Position numbers and translations under genes: made by a program. Below the pieces are notes generated by a model, which worked only from the letters and a program-made list of their open reading frames with translations, ran no database searches and was not told where the DNA came from. 64,000 nt of DNA from Felis catus (taxonomy: Eukaryota). The DNA lies in assembly GCF_018350175.1 (NCBI RefSeq), contig NC_058368.1, positions 168,456,001 to 168,520,000 of the forward strand, in the 5' to 3' direction. Shown one piece after another: positions 1 through 13,597 of this stretch. How positions within the stretch are numbered: position 1 is the stretch's first letter; each line of letters begins with the position of its first letter.

Positions 1-420
1 TTAATTAAACTAACTCGGGACTCTATCCTATCCCCACTCACTGTAGAGGGAAAGATGATCTTGATTTTGCAGATTGGACATAATTTAGTCACATTCAGTT
101 GAAAATTTAGCCTCTCAGTGAATTATATTCAATTCAGGATTTAGAGGCACACAATTCAAAGTTTGTGACCTTTCCTTCCATTTGCCACTCTGTACTGTTA
201 TGTCGGGGTAGCATGCCTGGTCTACGGGCCAGCCTCAGCTCTTCAGCAGCTGCCATTGGCTTTTTAGGGATCTACCTCTGAAGCACTCTATCTGTTGCTG
301 ATGTATGTGGTTGGGGATCTTGGACAGAAATAAGATTCTGATGTTTATTGTCCCTGCCAGAGCCTCTGGTGAGGGGATCCATGTCTTCTGCATCCTTCTC
401 ACCCTAATTGGGACTTCTTT

Positions 421-662
421 AAAAAAAAATTTTTTTTTTTTACATTTATTCATTTTTGAGACACAGAGAGAGACAGAGCACAAGCATGGGAGGGACAGAG
501 ACAGAGGGAGACACAGAATCCGAAGCAGGCTGTCAGCACAGAGCCTGAGTCTGTGCTGAGCTGTCAGCACAGAACCTGACGTGGGGCTCGAACCCAGGAG
601 CTGTGAGATCATGACCTGAGCTGAAGTCGGACGCTCAACTGACTGAGCCACCCAGGTGCCCC
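421..662 (-). mobile_element. Can-SINE (SINEC, feliform type) with an internal rearrangement
   Basis: The minus strand reads GGGGCACCTGGGTGGCTCAGTCAGTTGAGCGTCCGACTTC (tRNA-like head), then a CT tract and A tail. TSD taattgggacttcttt (405-420) / tgactgggacttcttt (663-678). Confidence 0.95.
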
Positions 663-2839
663 TGACTGGGACTTCTTTTATTCCTCTGTCCCTTATGGCC
701 CTTCTCAGTGCCACATAAAGGATGCATGAACTTCTGGATAACCACCGTATTGTTCTTAGGTCGTTTCCCTGCTTAAACATACCACCACTGCCTTCCTACT
801 CCACTCCATCCACCCTGTGACAATGCCAGCACATTGAGAGGAAGTCTCCTTTCACAGATCCAGACAGCAAGTGGAGCAGAAACCTTCTCTATGTTCAGCC
901 TACTCCCAAGTTACCTGGGATTTTTGTAGTCTTATGTTCCTTCCTTAGCCTGAGGCCCAGGGGATGGGAAACATTGCTCGTTGCTGTTCTGATAGCTTTT
1001 CATCTTGTCTTTCTTGCTAAAAGAAACCCAGTTTTGTTCAGGATACCAATGTGGTTAGTGTCAATATTCACCTTTTCAAGTTCCCTTTCACTAGGGATAG
1101 GCAATAAGGTATAAATGGGGAAAAAAAGATATAAATGGATATAACTGGATAGGCCTCTCAGAAGGTATTGTTTCTAGGACTTAAAAAAACTTAAAAAGCT
1201 GATATGTACCTTTGACTTTTCTCCTTCTTAATTATTGAAGTGCATCCATGATGACAGTAGGTAGAGTACTCACCTTGTAACTGACCAGCCATAGGCTAAC
1301 ATGGCAATCGGATGCCAGGAGAAGTCTGGAACGTTGATGAATTACTTACCTTCAAACTTCTTGTTAGAGGGGAAAAATAATCCCCTACTTACGTAAGTCA
1401 TTGTGATTATGTCACTTGTACTTGTAGCTAAAAGCAATAAAAATGATCAACTTGGACACCATATATATCCTAGTCTTGCCACTTCTAAATATGTGTGACT
1501 TTTCATCTTCCACTTGTACCCCTAGACTAGCAAGTGTTTTTATTAACATTCTATATGTCAGGAAACCGCTGTTATATCATTGTGGGGAAATGAAACTTCT
1601 CTGGATTCCTCATCAGTGCTCCTGCAAAAAGCTCCAGTCGCCTGAGACAGAGAAATGTGAAAGATACAAAGATAGAGAATACTGGCTTTCACTTCCCCTG
1701 GATGCATTTTCACATGCCATAAGGATTAGATCTGTAGCCATTTGTTTTTCTAATGATGTAGCTAATTGTTCTGATCTGAAAGGATAATACAACTTCTCTT
1801 ATCTCCTCCAAATCCAAACATCCTGAGATAGGCACTTAGATTAGCTCCTAGGAATTTATGTATAAAAAGAGATGAAAAACCAGGACCTCTCTAGGTTGGA
1901 ACACACCAGGCTTTTTGACTCCTGGAGAGATTTTATTTACAATCCAAATGAGTGAGAACCCAGCATCCTTTCCATTCTCAAAGGATCAGAAGTTTTTTAA
2001 ATTTCTTTCTTTTCATCTTTTTTTGGGGGAAGGACATAGAGGTGGCAGCTTCTTTCCTGTGTGTAAATGGAGAAAATCCATTATTCTCTGCCCCTGCCCC
2101 ACACACCTAAGTTAAAAGATTCCATGGCTCTCATTGAGAAGTCTGGGGGATCGGTGTGAGGGACAGACTCTGCAGTCCTATTCTGGTTGTTGATCTGGTT
2201 GTATCAATAAAGAATTCCCAGATGCTTTATGTCCATAGGATTCGCATATAAAAAGTACAAGGAGCATAACACGTCCCCAGTTCTTGACAAAACAATCACA
2301 TCTTTATCCGTACTACTCTGTGGTCTACTTTATAGCCTCTATTGTTTGATTCCACTAAGTTCAGACTCATTTAAAACTGCAAGTTCTACTTACTCTAAAC
2401 CACCCGACTCTTTTACATTCTTATATGAAATGGACTTCATGAACTTAATTTGGAAGTCCAAGTAGGAACATTAAATCTTTTATCTTTGCTGTACTCTTCC
2501 CTTACTCTGAAGAAGGCCTTTAGAGAAGTAATCTTACAGGAATAAAATATCCATCATACAATATTTCAAAATATGAACCTGTTGTACTTTTCTGTGTTAG
2601 CTAGTATGATATAATGTCATGTGATGCTGTAATCTCTCACAACATTGTAAATTTAAACTGTTGTCAGACTTCTTCAGAACCACAGTGAGCAGCACCTCTG
2701 CTGACCTTATTGTTTATTTTGTGCTATGCCATTTCCCTCTGTCTCTTTTTAACAATGTTTTTCTTGCACGACATGGTGCTTTGCATCTTGTGGTGGTGTA
2801 ATGTGCGCCCATCAACCAGCTTATCTTCTTTTTCCCTTC

Positions 2840-3358
2840 AAATCTGGTACGTTAAGTGGCCACAAATTCTTTGATCCTTTTCCCATTGAGAGGTGAGGTC
2901 AATTTTCCTTCACTCTGAATTTGTGCACCGTCTGTTAATGGCAACCGTAGAGTACAGCAGAAATGACACTGCACTAGTTTCTGAGTCAAGGCCCTAAAAG
3001 ATCAGCTACTTCTGCTTCATAGGAAACACTCCTGCATCTTAGCCACCAGGTAAGCAACACAATTACTCTCCAGAAAAGATCACACGGAGAGGACAAGGGT
3101 CCAGCTTAGCTCATGTTTCTAGTTCTCCTTGTCAAGGCATTGAGCCTGTGAAGGAAGCTATCCTGAACCATTCAGACCAATTCCAGTTAAATACCCAAGT
3201 GACTCCAGTGGATATCTTGTGGAACAGAAGAATTGCCCCACTGAGCCTTACTTGAATTCCTAACCCCCCAAATTATGAGATATAATTAAATTGGATGTTG
3301 TTTTAAGCCACTGATTTCAGGAGGACTTTATTACACAGCAGTTGATATCCAGAACACC
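2840..3358 (+). mobile_element. MaLR (MLT1-type) solo LTR, degenerate
   Basis: MLT1-like motifs: 'gtggccacaaattctttgatcc', 'gaagaattgccccactgagcc', 'gttgttttaagccactg', ending 'atatccagaaca'. Boundaries approximate. Confidence 0.7.
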
Positions 3359-4683
3359 CAGGCTCATCTCTGTCCTTCCTCTTTGTCACCAGCATCCATT
3401 TTTTCCCTTCTCCTGAGGACAGTCTCATAGCATCCCCAACATTGATTATATCGAAATGCTATTTATTATGATAACAGTGGTTCAAGGAACTGTATAGAGA
3501 GTTAATTGCCAGACAAATTGCTTAATAGCCTAGAATGTGAATTGTAATAATTATGTTTAGATATCTGCAGGATCTAGGTCTGTCTTCTATTTGGTTAGAT
3601 ACTGTGTTCACTAAGAAATAGATTTTTTAAAAGCCAAATCAACACTATCATTCCTTAGGCTGACGGAAGTATTAGTATTAATAAACCCTAAATAGCCTCA
3701 GGGGTTGATTTCTTTTCCATTTAGATCTATTAGGATTCATAAAACATAATTTTGGTTAATGCAAAGAAATACATCCAACATGCAATGATGCAGTTTTTGT
3801 CCCAAAGCTTAGAGGAAAAAATAACACTTAAAAAATTTAAAGCAGAATCAAGATTGAATTTCTGTTTCTTGGAAGGATTTAGATGAGAAAGGAGGAGGTG
3901 AAGAGGTTGCAGTGTGTTTGCATAATCACGCTGTTTTGATTTTCCTTTGAAAATTTTAGAGTCCTTCTTCCTCCAAAGTTCTTTTTTGTGCCGGAGCCTA
4001 CCCAAGTGGCACGGTAGACAAATCTAGGTCCCAGGTCCCTCCAGCAGTGAGTATTGGTCCAATTGGACCCAAACCCCCTTACTGTCCTGAGATGAAATTC
4101 ATAGGTAACATAATCTATCTCTGCAAATATTTTGAATAAAATATATAATGCCCTAATTTTAATGTAAAAGAGAAATAGAAGGAAATAATTTATGACACAG
4201 TATTTTAACATGTAAGAACTTGCACTCAATAATACTGCAAGAATAATGAAGAATCACGTCCTTGTACACACATACACATAGAAGCACTGTGATGGTGACA
4301 GCCACCAGTGATTCAGAGGTGATATATTGGTGACTCAAATTCCACAAACTCTGTTGCCACGGGTGATATGGTTTTCTGGGATGATGGATTGCCATTAGTA
4401 ACAGACTGAACAAAAAGCAAAATTATCCCTTAATATACATAGTTGTTGCACTCTTATTTTTAATATTCCATTGCATGTTAAACCCATTATACATTAAAAC
4501 CATCCCAACTTACTTTGTTTTCATGAGTGTCCAGTGGGATATTCAAAAGTCATGTGGCTATGAGACAGTTTTCTATTATGTAAGATTGTTTAGCACATGA
4601 ACAATATCCAGCATCCCTACTCCCTCCTTCATCACTGTGATGAAAATATTTCCCTCCACAAATTTTGGAAAAGCTCCCTAGAG

Positions 4684-4871
4684 TAGAGTTGCCAGATTCA
4701 ATCCAGGATGCCTTGTTATATTTGAATTTCAGAGAAACAACAAAATATTTTTCAGTATAAATATGTCTCGTGAAATATTTGGGACATGCTCTCACTATAA
4801 AAATAACTGTTTCTCTGAAATTCACATTAACTAGGCATCCTGTATTTTTACTTACTAAATCTGCAACCATA
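4684..4871. mobile_element. MER53-like hAT MITE (palindromic)
   Basis: Ends tagagttgccagat ... atctgcaaccata. Internal inverted arms (tttgaatttcagagaaaca / tgtttctctgaaattcaca). 8-bp TSD ccctagag (4676-4683) / ccctagat (4872-4879). Confidence 0.85.
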
Positions 4872-5815
4872 CCCTAGATGGAGGTACCAATCTCTTGAGA
4901 ACCTCTGCTCAGCAGGCCACTCTCAAGACTTCAACATCTGGACTCCTGGCCCTGGGAAACACTGAGCATCTCATGAGGAGAGGCATAGGGTGCGAGGACA
5001 CAGTCGCTTTCCCTCTGTTTCATTCATTGCCTGCAACATGCAGAAATTCTCTAACGCTGGAACTGGTTTTTCGGTTTGTCCAAACTTGCCTGTGGCGCTG
5101 CATTTTATTTATAATTCAGTTCTCTATGCTAATTTTCATTTAAAGGAAATCAGAAAGGAATCCAAGTCTGAATTTTTCTAAGAAACCATCTAAGGCGTTT
5201 CCTTTGTGAGGAGAAAGGGACAGTTAACCTGTCATTGATTTTCACGTTGGCATCTTTTCTCTCTGGAGATAATGAAGATAAATAGAGAAATAGCATAGCA
5301 CTTTATTGCATCTTTTGCTGCACATATTTCTTCTGAATACCAAGTACAGACATGGGTGATATTAAGAGAAAGGAGAAAGAGGATAAGGGGGAGGAATTAA
5401 GGTGTACATGTCTGTCTCTCCTATATGACTAAAAGCTTTTCTGAGGAGGGATGTTAGGATTCTTACTCATATGTCTCCCCAGAGGTGTCTAGCATAGTAC
5501 CTGGAACGGTGGAACTTCAGTTTCTCCCTAATGTGACAGAAACAATCAAAGGCACCAGAGTAAAGCAGATTTCATATTAAATAACATGACATATATGAGT
5601 CAGAAGTAAATTATTTTTACAAGACCTAAAAAAAAGTTTTGGAGCAAATTTCCTCAATTTTACAGATGAAGAAAATAAGATTCAAGAGGTCTTAGCTTCT
5701 TAGAATAATATGTTGGACCTGGAAGCCGGGTCTCCTGAAAATGTCTCCAGAATTTTATTTCATTAGAAATATTTTCAGAAGGTTTGAGCCCCAATTTGCC
5801 ACAGTAGCCACTGTT

Positions 5816-5816
<1 letters not shown>

Positions 5817-5866
<50 letters not shown>
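5817..5866. repeat. compound (TC)n(AC)n microsatellite
   Basis: Directly visible. Confidence 0.95.
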
Positions 5867-5868
<2 letters not shown>

Positions 5869-6329
5869 CTCTTTTTTTAGCTTTTTTCCCTGCCTCTCTC
5901 ATGTCCTCACACCATCACTTCTAAAATAAACTACTTATACTTTTTTTATCTCGGAGTCTGCTTTTAGAACCCAAGTTAAGACAATGGTGTGATGGTATAA
6001 TTTTCTTGTTTTATTATTTTTTTAAATTTGTTATTTTATGCACTGATCTTTTTGTAATTGGTGAATTGGCCTACAGAGACCAAAGTGATTTTATTGCATA
6101 GACAAAATGTGGTTGTCACTGGGGCTATTGGCAAATGTTTTGTTTCTCCTCTTTCTAAGCATGTAGTGGGATTGCATGCCTCCTCTCCCAAAGCAGATAT
6201 GGCCATTTGACTTGGTATGGCTGATGAAAGTAGTGGAGGTGATGTATCTTTAAGAGCCAGTGCATGGCCCCTTATGTTAACTAGTTTTTGTTTTTGTTTT
6301 TGTTTTTGTTTTGTTTTTTTGTCTTACTT

Positions 6330-6866
6330 TGTGGTGGACAGACTCCAAGATGACCCCCACTGATCCTCATATCCTGTGGTTCGTGTCCTTGTGCAGTCCC
6401 CTCCTCTTGAGTATAGGCTGTTCTGGTAACTTGATACTAACAAATAGAATATAGCAAAGGTGTTGGGAAGTCATTTCCATTATTATATTTATTATATTGT
6501 AGATTTGTCTTGCTAGCACATTTGCTTCCTTCCTGGCTTTAGTGAAACAAGCTGCTATGTTTTGAGTTGCTCTGTGGTGAGGCTGACATGACAAGGAACT
6601 GAGGCCCCCATTCCAACCACGTGCAAGGTACTAAATCCTCCCAAAAACCACATGAGTGAGGAAGTGAATCTGTCCCCATTCAAGCTTTCAGATGAGAGTC
6701 CTAGCCTTGGCTAACGTTTTAATTACAGTCCTGTGAGAGACCGAGAAGCCAATAACCCAGTTAAGCCATGTCTGAATTTTTGACCCAAAGAACCTACAAG
6801 ACTCTTGTGTGTACTGTTTTAAGCTGCTAAATTTGTAGTAATTTGATATACAACAATAGAAAACAA
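6330..6866 (+). mobile_element. MaLR (MLT1-type) solo LTR
   Basis: Starts tgtggtggacagactccaagatgacccccactgatcc. Contains 'aaccacatgagtgag' and 'ttcagatgag'. Ends 'tgttttaagctgctaaatttgtagtaatttgatatacaacaatagaaaac', a typical MLT1 3' end. Confidence 0.8.
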
Positions 6867-6966
6867 GTTGGCAATTGTGGTAGTACAGAGATATAACCTC
6901 CTGCAAACTGGGTCCCAGCTGAGCAAGTGGACATGGAGCACTGTTGAAAAATAAAACTTTGGGGGA

Positions 6967-7092
6967 GGAGTGCCTGGCTGGTTCAGTTGGTGGAGCGTGC
7001 AACTCTTGATTTCCGGGTTGTAAGTTTGAGCCCTATGTTGGGTGTAGAGATTACCCCCCCCCCCCCAAAAAAAAGAAAAGAAAAGAAAAAAA
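6967..7092 (+). mobile_element. short Can-SINE variant (tRNA-like head plus A tail, no CT tract)
   Basis: ggagtgcctggctggttcagttggtggagc... head with A/B-box-like motifs, a poly-C run, then a GAAAA tail. Flanked by aaaactttgg on both sides. Confidence 0.85.
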
Positions 7093-7235
7093 GAAAAAAC
7101 TTTGGTATTTAAGACTACAGTGGTTTTGGAGCTGTTGCTGAAGCATAGTTTAGCCTACAGCAGCTGAATTGCAATACAAGTTTTTTGCTTTCCCCACCTG
7201 TTTACCTACATTATTAAATAAAGAAAAAGTTCCAA

Positions 7236-7434
7236 GGGCACCTGGGTGACTCAATTAAGCATCTGACTTGGGCTCAGGTCATGATCTCACGGTCCGTGGG
7301 TTCAAGTCCTGCATCAGAGCCTGGAGCCTGCTTCAGATTCTGTGTCTCCTTCTCTCCCTGCCCCTCCTCCACTCGTACTCTGTCTCTTTACTTTTCTCTC
7401 AAAAAGTAAATAAAAATTAAAATTTGTAAAAAAG
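7236..7434 (+). mobile_element. Can-SINE
   Basis: gggcacctgggtgactca head, CT tract, A tail. Degenerate TSD aaagaaaaagttcca / aaagaaaaatttca. Confidence 0.9.
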
Positions 7435-8670
7435 AAAGAAAAATTTCAGTTGCGATATATGATAGTCACCTTGAGTTATGCAGATAACAGAATTTTGAAT
7501 GCAACCAAACTTAGTTACAAAATCTCCTCTAAATTAATATTCATCTATAATAATCTTTGTCTTTCTTAGCTACTTGTTTTAAAACGTAACCTCCTCAAAG
7601 TTAAGACCTATTCAAATCTCATCTTTGACATGCAAATACCCTAATACTAAGTGCTAATATCCTGCCAAATTTCTGAGTAGTTGCCTCAAACCTAAAACAG
7701 CTAGTTCTACCCTTGTTGAAAATAACAACAGCCCAGCATCTTGCTGTAGCTTGGTGATTTGCCTTTCTGACATTTTGTGTTTAGCAGGAGGTTAATTAGA
7801 CACAATTGCAACACTGCTGTGCTGCCCTAGGGCACAACACAAAGGGCCAATTTGGAGACAACTGTATCTTGGAAACCCTAGGAGATACCAGCTTGAAATT
7901 TCCAGCAGGTTTAAAACAGAATCTTCTTTACAAATTTAGTAGCTTTATTGGAACCTTAGGTCTGCAGCATAAACCGTAATTGGACTAAAGTTTTCATGGC
8001 AATGATCTGCTCAAGGACATAATGAAAAGTCAACTTTTCAATGTGTTTATCTGCTTCTTGACTCCTAGGCACAATTGGAAATGCTAATATCCAGATGCCC
8101 TTCTACAGAAAAAAAAAAAAAACCTGAAGGCATTTAATTTGAATGATAGAATGCGGCTTTTTCTGTCCCCAAAACTAACTCATACGTTCAGACCACCAGT
8201 GAAAGAGAAAGCAAATATAAACGTGGGAAATGAGTATAGTACAGACAACTGCTTAGCGCACTGTATGCTCTAACAAAAGGAAGAAGTAACCACTCCTGGG
8301 ATTTGAGGCATCTCCTGGGTAGGCAAGCAAGCCTGAGGCCCCCAATTACCTCAGATGTTAACTCTGAAAGCCCTTGTTCTTCTTTTGGCCAAATATGCCT
8401 TCCTCTAAGACTTGGCATAGGTCATGTCACTTCTCCCTGAGAGTCTAATTGGTCCTCTAAATTCAAGTCATTGATGGAGACAGGTCTGATTCCAGTCCCA
8501 GACCCCTCACTTACTCATCGCATGAATTTGATCAAATTACTCTGTCTTTTTAACTTCATTTTCCACAAATGGGGATAATACTTAAGAGGTTGTGGAGAAG
8601 ATTAGGTGAGACAATAACTGGAAAGTCCTTCTTGGCCACCAGCTGGGTGCTTTGTTAAGAATTTGACTAA

Positions 8671-9590
8671 TTTTTTTTTTCCAAGGATGGAAAATTTATT
8701 CAGGTAATGTTTGAGAATTCATATGTGCCACAATAGGATATTAAGAACGAAAAGGTAGAAATCTCACTCTTCCTTAACCCTGTCCTACTGCCCAACCAGA
8801 TCCAGACACTGCATCACTGTCACTGCCATTTTGCTAAATGGAAGCCCGCAGGCACTAATCACACAGGCAACTGCATGTGTCGTAAAAATGCACAACTTTT
8901 CCATTAAAAGCTGTCCGTCTCTTTCTCTCTGGCTACACTGGCGATTCTCCAGTTAGTTCAATACTTTAAAGGCTGCAGCAGCATGCAAAAGAATTTCATT
9001 TCATTTTGTTTTTTGTTTTTTTAAAAAAAAAGTTAAGAAAGGTCTCCAGGAGATGGTGAGTTTTATTGTCTTGTCTGGACAGAGGTTTGATTTGCTCTCG
9101 AACGTTCCAGGGTGGAGAGACTAGGAGGAAGCACAGGATGCAGAGGTCTATTCGGTGTAATCTTCTCCCTCGTTCTCATCTTCGCCATCAATGGAGAAAG
9201 CAGCATACTTGCTTGCAGAACTGAACTTGGAAGCTGTACTTTCTTCAGGTTCTTTGGCTTATCTGCAGATTGGGAGTCTTGATGCTTTTTGCCATCTTTC
9301 CTATCTGACCCCTTCCAGTGGTCTTTGTTCCCTCCGTGTCCTGGACCATGGCTGGAGTGCCCACTTTGGCCTTTTGGGACATTCACCCCATCTACTTTGC
9401 TTTCATCTTTCCTTGCTGGTCCTTCCTCAGATGGTTGAGCCGGAGCTACTTTCCCCCCATCCACTTGTAGGGGACTGCTGCTCTGTGTCTGAGCTCTGAG
9501 ATCGAGCAGGAGGGTTAGAACTTCGCTTCACCCAAGCATTCTCCTTTGGCGGAGGGGTTGGCAATGCCTTTAGAGGTTGTTCAGGTTTGG
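8671..9590 (-). pseudogene. EIF4B: processed pseudogene of eukaryotic translation initiation factor 4B (3' CDS plus 3'UTR, 5'-truncated)
   Basis: Minus strand translates, with two frameshifts, as PKPEQPLKALPTPPPKENAWVKRSSNPPARSQSSDTEQQSPTSG / GGKVAPAQPSEEGPARKDESKVDG...DRKDGKK / PEESTASKFSSASKYAAFSIDGEDENEGEDYTE*. This matches the recalled eIF4B C-terminus. No introns; stop at 9148-9150; AATAAA at 8695-8700; poly(A) at 8671-8680; TSD gaatttgactaatttt at 8659-8674 and 9591-9606. Confidence 0.95.
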
Positions 9591-11129
9591 GAATTTGACT
9601 AATTTTTTACACCACTCATTCTATTTAGCAGTTAATTAATTTGGGCTTTGAAATCTCTGAAAAAGTGTTACACTTGTCATGTTTGTATCTTGCTCCTCAG
9701 CTATCCAATAGATTTTGTAAAAGCAAGGATGAATTGTCATTATTCTTTAGGTCCAGCCAACTCCTACCATGGAGTAAGAGATGATTTTATGGTATAAATG
9801 GGAAGGCATTCCTCACACGGCGACCTGGACCTGTCACAGGGCCTGGCTCTCAAGAGTGACTTAATATATTGAATGATTGATGAGACACAATAGAGAGGTC
9901 ACCGTAATGCTAATTTCAGTGACCTTGATGGAATATGATAATTTCACTCATGTGAATTGTAAATGTGAGCATTTAAAATGAATAAGTTCTATTTTCAACA
10001 TCTGTGTGCAGGAGGCATTCAGTTTGCTGTTTTAGAAAGTTAGAGTCATTTGATTTGTCCCTATATGAGTGTTTTCAGGCACATTCCTGTATTAATTAAG
10101 TCTGTTTTTTTTTTTTCAGTGATTTCCAGCAGTACATGCCCCGTGTATTCAGGCATGAAAGGCAAAATCCTCTATACATATACATACATATACATTTGGA
10201 GAGGAGATTTGGAGCTTCTCAGGAGAGGGTAAAATTGTGGCAGGAAGGTCTCAGATGCTCGAGGCTGTTTTCTCTTCCAAGGAGAAATTCTCACATTGGC
10301 CTCTTTTCCAAACTGTACAAAGGAATACATGCATCTATGAAACTTCTAAGACCCAGAGACATTGCTCTGAATTCAGTATAAACTCTTTTGTGTGTAGCTA
10401 AGCAGGACTAGTGAATAATACAAGTCTACTAATATATTCCATTGCTGCACTAAAAATCCTTGGAAATGGAATTGTAATAGCAGAGAAATTTAAAGACAAC
10501 TTCACTGCCAGGAGCTCCTGTCAGCCTGCAGCTGCCCGGAGTGTGAGGAGTGGCAGAGAAGAGGCCTGATCCACAGCAGTCTGAACAGGTGATGGATTTT
10601 ACCTACAGGCACAAATTGGATGATGCATGTTATTCCTCTGTCTTTTTGCCCTCTGTGGGTGGTATGTTTGCCTGCAAGTTTTACTGAAACTGTCTGTTTT
10701 AGTCTAAAGATATATTTAGTACCAATTACTTAGCAGCAAATGTGTTTCTAAGAGAGATAGAACTTGTGGTTCCACACTTTAGCCACATCTCTCCATTTTC
10801 ATTTCCCAATCACATTCTGGCCTTTTTCAAAGGATCCAGGGGCACGTCACCTCCTCTCCGACACTCCAGTCTTTAGTGAAGAGATGTGAAATCTGCACAT
10901 GCACGTTACTCAGCACAAAAATGCTGCTCAGGGTGCACATTTACCATTGTAACCTGCACCGTGTATTGTATTGCATGCATTACAGTGTGTGCTGTTAATG
11001 TTGATTTTTTAAATAAAATCATCTTGACATGAGCAGTGTATTAGTAGATACATCAGGTGATAGCAAATATTATATCATGAGGACAAAGATAATGATGATG
11101 ATTATGCTGGTTCTCACAGTAGGTGAGGT

Positions 11130-11340
11130 TTTCTGGGTTGTTCCATCAGTTAGGACATAGGTTAAGCTGTGGTAACAAAGAGATCCCAAAATACAGTGGC
11201 TTAAATTAGATAGAAATTTCTTTCCTTTTCGTGTAGCAATCCAGAAGCAAACACCTATGTGACTAAAGGGACATATGTTCATCCAGAGACTGGACTGCTG
11301 GGTTGGACCAATCATCCTTAATATACAGAATTGCATTCAA
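11130..11340 (-). mobile_element. MaLR (MLT1-type) LTR fragment
   Basis: 'tcagttaggacataggttaagctgtggtaacaaagagatcccaaaatacagtggcttaaa' is the reverse complement of an MLT1 3' end. Confidence 0.6.
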
Positions 11341-12688
11341 TTTAGAATCCTTCTCTGGTTTTGCTAACTGATAAGTGAAAGAGGTCACTGTTTCTAGAGC
11401 TGAACCCTTTCTCTAGTTTCATGAGGCATAAATAGCATCAGGTAATTATTGATCGGAGTGTAAATATGCTTTTCTTTTTGTTAGCTCCATAGCCTCCATT
11501 TATCTATTTCAGGGTTCTTTTGGTTTCTGCACATAGCTGATGAAGGAACAGTCTTCTGAAAGCAGAGATTTAATAATTAAAATGGCCAAATTTGTACAGA
11601 AAACTTTTTGGGAAAATATGTATTTTTAAAATGTAACTACAAAGAAAAGTAAATATTATAAACACATTTCTGTGATTGCATTTTATGCAATTTCCAAAGA
11701 ATTACGTATATAAGTGTAAGCCTCTTTCTACTCTTGGATCTATAGTCATATTTGTATCACTGTACTGAGCAAAATATATTTGCATTTCAGAGGTAGGTTG
11801 ATATTTGTAAAATATCATGTCACTTATGTTTATACATAATAAATTCCTTAGCTAGTTAGTAAACAATTCTCAAAATGGGGAAAGGGGTAGAAAATTTGTT
11901 TAGTGTAATTACAGAACACAGAAAAGCCTTTAAAGAAAATAAAAGACTTGTTTGTTTTGACTCACAAAGTTATAATATAGAATTTTTTTCATTATAAATG
12001 ATTGAAAATTAATATTAGACCACTTTTCTCTTTTAAATACTCTAGTGAATTGAATTATATAATGTTGCAAATAAAAATTTAGTCATGTACAGCAGATTCT
12101 TAAAAGTTTACATGTGATGAAGAAAATAGATTTCCAATTCTCAGATTGCTTTTCAATTTTCTTGCTGTTAAAATAAAAAGTGTCATTGAATTTACACTTC
12201 TGACTTCCTCTCATCCTTCTATGGATCAGAGACTGAAAGGTCTGGTTGAGTGAGTTTTATAATATGAATCTTCAAATCAAATCCAATTAGGGTGGCCTTC
12301 AAAAGGACTAACCAATTCTATATTTATGCTGGAATTCAGCCTCAACTTGTAAAAAAGCAAACTGTACAAGCATGTTGGCTAAGACTTAGTGAAATTTAAA
12401 GTCTGTAAAGATTTCTACTGGGATGTTATATCCAAAGTTGGGATTTAGTCTGGGACCAAAAAAGTGAAGCCTTGCAGAAGGGCCACTAGGTTAATACTGT
12501 CACAGCAAATAACGGCCAAGAATTGGGAAGGAGAAGTAAGCACAGAATCAGACAGTTAGTCTCAACATCACTGATAATTGATGATGTTGGCCATAAGCAG
12601 GTTGTATGATAAGACTAGAAATATCAAGGAAAGAGTGACAGAGGAGAGTTAGCTGTTTATGTTGTATAAAACGAAAAGAAACGAATTT

Positions 12689-13597
12689 GGTTGGGAAGAT
12701 GGCGGCGTAGGAGGACGCTGGGCTCACCGCATCCTGCCGATCACTTAGATTCCACCTACAAATGCTTAAATAACCCAGAAAACTGCCAGAAGACTAGCAG
12801 AGTGGAGTCTCCGGAGCCAAGCGCAGACGAGAGGCCCACAGAAGAGGGTAGGAAGGGCGGAGAGGCGGTGCGCGCTACACACGGACTGGCGGGAGGGAGC
12901 AGGGGTGGAGGGGCAGCCCGCTGGCCAAGCAGAGACCCCGAGTCTGGCTTGCAAAAGCAGAGGGGCCAGACGGAGTGTGTTCGGACAGCAAGAGGGACTT
13001 AACATCTGGAAGGTTATAAGTTAACAGCTCTGCTCAGAGAGCAGGAAGGCTGGAGGGCAACGGGAGGGAGAGTTGATGAGCCCTGGACAACAGAGCTCAG
13101 CTTGGTGCGCTCGCCAGCACCATCTCCCTCGCCCATCTCCCGGCCAAAATCCCAAAGGGAACCAGTCCCTGCCAGGGAAATTGCTTGCACCGCGCAAACA
13201 CCCAACGCTGTGATTCTGCAGATCCATCCCTCCATCGGCGGGTCTGACTCTCTCCTGGTGCCAAGGACTCCTGAAGCAGGTCACCAAAGGATAAGCGAGC
13301 TGAGCCGGCCCCTCCCGCCCCTGTGCACCTTGCCTATCAACCCCAGCTAATACGCCAAATCCCCAGCACCACAAGCCTGGCAGTGTGCAAGTAGCCCAGA
13401 TGGGCCACGCCACCCCACAGTGAATCCTGCCCCTAGGAGAGGGGAAGAGAAGGTACACACCAGTCTGACTGTGGCCCCAGCAGTGGGCTGGGGGCAGACA
13501 TCAGGTCTGACTGCGGCCCCACCCACCAACTCAAGGTATTCAAGACAGCACAGGGGAAGTGCCATGCAGTTCCGTACCACCCCAGGGACTATCCAAA
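12689..13597 (+). promoter_or_regulatory. L1 5'UTR internal Pol II promoter region with YY1-like motif
   Basis: CpG-rich relative to flanks. AAGATGGCGG at 12696-12705, near the 5' end, where mammalian L1s carry a YY1 site. Activity is not shown. Confidence 0.6.

Noticed and set aside
235..780. 181-aa ORF
   Set aside because: Reads through a Can-SINE (GTWVAQSVERPTSAQVMIS); a typical SINE-derived spurious ORF.
6967..7050. tRNA gene
   Set aside because: tRNA-like head of a SINE with an A tail and TSD; no complete cloverleaf evident.
9063..9464. 133-aa ORF as a functional eIF4B-like protein
   Set aside because: The start is created by a frameshift and the C-terminus is out of frame; it lies in a truncated retrocopy.
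10120..10228. Possible exon (poly-T+cag acceptor, gtaaaa donor)
   Set aside because: Weak donor, no recognisable protein, and no partner exons; cannot be supported without transcript data.
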